From a virus (lineage: Duplodnaviria > Caudoviricetes): a stretch of DNA of 54,605 bases. Below, piece after piece: positions 52,905 through 54,605 of the stretch. The stretch is taken from positions 1-54,605 of IMG/VR virus record IMGVR_UViG_3300036770_004582; one strand, given 5' to 3'. The first letter of the stretch is position 1, and the number at the start of each line of letters is the position of its first letter. The notes beneath the pieces were generated by a model, which searched no databases, had not been told where the DNA came from, and was given only the letters and a program-made list of their open reading frames with translations. A program made the translations under genes and the position numbers.

Positions 52905-53665
52905 TGGCTCAGGCAGGCTTTACCCCAATCATTACTTACCACTCCACCACGGGGTCGGCGGTACCAAGTAACGCAAACCTGTCGCCGGGAGAGTTGGCGT
53001 TGAACATCGCCGACATGAAGCTCTATTGTGAAAATAGTTCAGGCGTCGTGACATTGCTTGCAGATGCGGCGGCACAAGGAACTGTAACTTCCGTAGACGT
53101 TTCGGGCGGCACGACGGGTTTAACGACCTCAGGTGGCCCGGTTACAGGATCGGGAACAATTACTCTTGCTGGAACGCTCGCAGTCGCTAACGGCGGCACT
53201 GGCATCACATCGTTTGGCACGGGCGTGGCGACATGGTTGGGTACCCCATCGTCTTCTAATCTTGCGGCAGCGGTAACGGATGAGACCGGATCAGGTGCGC
53301 TTGTTTTTGGTACGACACCAACGCTGACCGGGTACCGTGAGGCTTACTCGGCAGTCACATCGTCATCGAATACTGCGACATTAGACTTTAGTGCGGCAAC
53401 TGTATTTCAGCTAACCCTTTCTGAGGACGTATCAACCTTTACTTGGAGTAACGCACCCTCGTCTGGAACGGCGTTTGGATTCACGTTACGGGTTATTCAG
53501 GACTCAACCGCTCGAACGATCACATGGCCTGCGGCGGTGGATTGGCCCGGTGCAAGCGCACCAATACTCTCAACAGGAAGCGGTGATGTGGATGTATTCA
53601 CCTTCTTCACGACGGATGGTGGGACCACCTACTACGGCTTTACTGCCGGACAGGACCTAAGCTAA
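52904..53665 (+). CDS. Tail-fibre-associated protein
   Basis: P....L..GELALN..D.KLY N-domain, a fourth GTVTSVDV unit and TITWP..V.WPG..AP.LS C-domain. Confidence 0.75.
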   Translation: MAQAGFTPIITYHSTTGSAVPSNANLSPGELALNIADMKLYCENSSGVVTLLADAAAQGTVTSVDVSGGTTGLTTSGGPVTGSGTITLAGTLAVANGGTGITSFGTGVATWLGTPSSSNLAAAVTDETGSGALVFGTTPTLTGYREAYSAVTSSSNTATLDFSAATVFQLTLSEDVSTFTWSNAPSSGTAFGFTLRVIQDSTARTITWPAAVDWPGASAPILSTGSGDVDVFTFFTTDGGTTYYGFTAGQDLS

Positions 53666-54605
53666 TGAGCATCGCACGCCTAATGCAGATGGCTGCCGCA
53701 GGACAGGCAGGCGACTACCAAATCTCACGCTCTCTGCGGTTTAACTCTGCTGACTCTGCGTATCTGAGTAGGACTTTTGGTAGTGGAGACAGGCAAAAAT
53801 TTACATGGTCTGGATGGGTAAAGTTAGGCAAGGTTCCTTTTTCTGCCTTGGGATATATTTTTAGTTCAAGACAAGCAGCGTCAGATAATTTTGGAATAGG
53901 TTTTACAACTGCATCTGCAATTCAAATTGATGGGGCAGTAAGTAGCAGTGGTTTTCAATTAACAACTACGCCACTATATCGTGACCCATCTGCTTGGTAT
54001 CACATTGTTTTGGCTGTTGATACAACTCAAGCAACAGCATCAAATAGATTCAAATTGTATGTAAATGGATCACAGATCACTACATTTTCTTCATCAACAT
54101 ACCCAGGACAAAATGACAACTTAGCGGTAAATCTAAGCACAGCCGTTCACAATATAGGGGCATATAATGCTTCGGGTAATTATTTTGACGGCTATCAAAC
54201 AGAGTGTTACTTCATAGACGGTCAAGCACTAACCCCATCATCTTTCGGTGAGATAAACGCAGACACAGGTGTATGGTCGCCTATCCGCTACGCTGGCACA
54301 TACGGCACTAACGGGTTTTATCTGAACTTCTCTGACAATACCTCGACCACCACGCTTGGCTATGATGCGGCTGGTTCTAACGACTGGACGCTGAACAACT
54401 TCTCTGTAACTGCGGGTGCTGGTAACGATTCTCTTGTGGACTCACCTACAAGGTATGGAACAGACACAGGTGCGGGTGGAGAGGTTAGGGGGAATTACTG
54501 TACGCTGAATCCTTTGGACGCAGGAACCAATTTAACATTTTCACAAGGAAACTTGCAGACTAGCAGTTCAACTAACCCAAATAACAATTGCCGAGGAACA
54601 CTTGG
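53665..54605 (+). CDS. LamG/concanavalin A-like tail protein, 3'-truncated (not in ORF track)
   Basis: TAATG start; MSIARLMQ...YQISRSLRFNSADSAYLSRT...FTWSGWVK...RDPSAWYHIVLAVDTTQ...YGTNGFYLNF; reads on toward the window end. Confidence 0.8.
   Translation, partial: MSIARLMQMAAAGQAGDYQISRSLRFNSADSAYLSRTFGSGDRQKFTWSGWVKLGKVPFSALGYIFSSRQAASDNFGIGFTTASAIQIDGAVSSSGFQLTTTPLYRDPSAWYHIVLAVDTTQATASNRFKLYVNGSQITTFSSSTYPGQNDNLAVNLSTAVHNIGAYNASGNYFDGYQTECYFIDGQALTPSSFGEINADTGVWSPIRYAGTYGTNGFYLNFSDNTSTTTLGYDAAGSNDWTLNNFSVTAGAGNDSLVDSPTRYGTDTGAGGEVRGNYCTLNPLDAGTNLTFSQGNLQTSSSTNPNNNCRGTL

Noticed and set aside
50898-54605. Diversity-generating retroelement acting on tail fibres
   Set aside because: No reverse transcriptase is present, and repeat differences are synonymous rather than adenine-specific.
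1-54605. Prophage or temperate lifestyle
   Set aside because: No integrase, repressor, partition genes or flanking host genes were recognised. The part outside the window cannot be assessed.

Overview
The window is most of a lytic tailed-phage genome with a podovirus-like head/neck/ejection-protein layout. It starts and ends inside tail genes, so it is probably a near-complete, circularly permuted genome. Every credible gene is on the + strand. Order: tail-chaperone fragment and lysis genes (1-2.2 kb); adaptor, nozzle and internal virion proteins (2.2-16.5 kb); replication module with AEP primase, SNF2 and UvrD helicases and SSBs (17-23.7 kb); a complete 2-aminoadenine (Z-genome) cluster dpoZ-purZ-mazZ-orf-datZ (23.7-27.9 kb); an accessory region of small cassettes, most behind a near-consensus sigma70 promoter with a shared ATAGAGG(A/G) leader (28.7-36.5 kb); then terminase, portal, GroES-like, scaffold, capsid, neck and tail-fibre genes (37-54.6 kb). 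Three observations stand out beyond the known Z pathway. (1) Two collinear ~335-bp iteron-rich elements in inverted orientation bracket the whole 20-kb replication/early module. (2) An HDAC-family deacetylase gene overlaps a gene with a possible GNAT-like domain and virion-type motifs, a candidate acetylation writer/eraser pair. (3) A recurring [FYML]-[KA]-x-G-G motif occurs in five proteins and falls at module boundaries. All calls are by eye; no searches were run.
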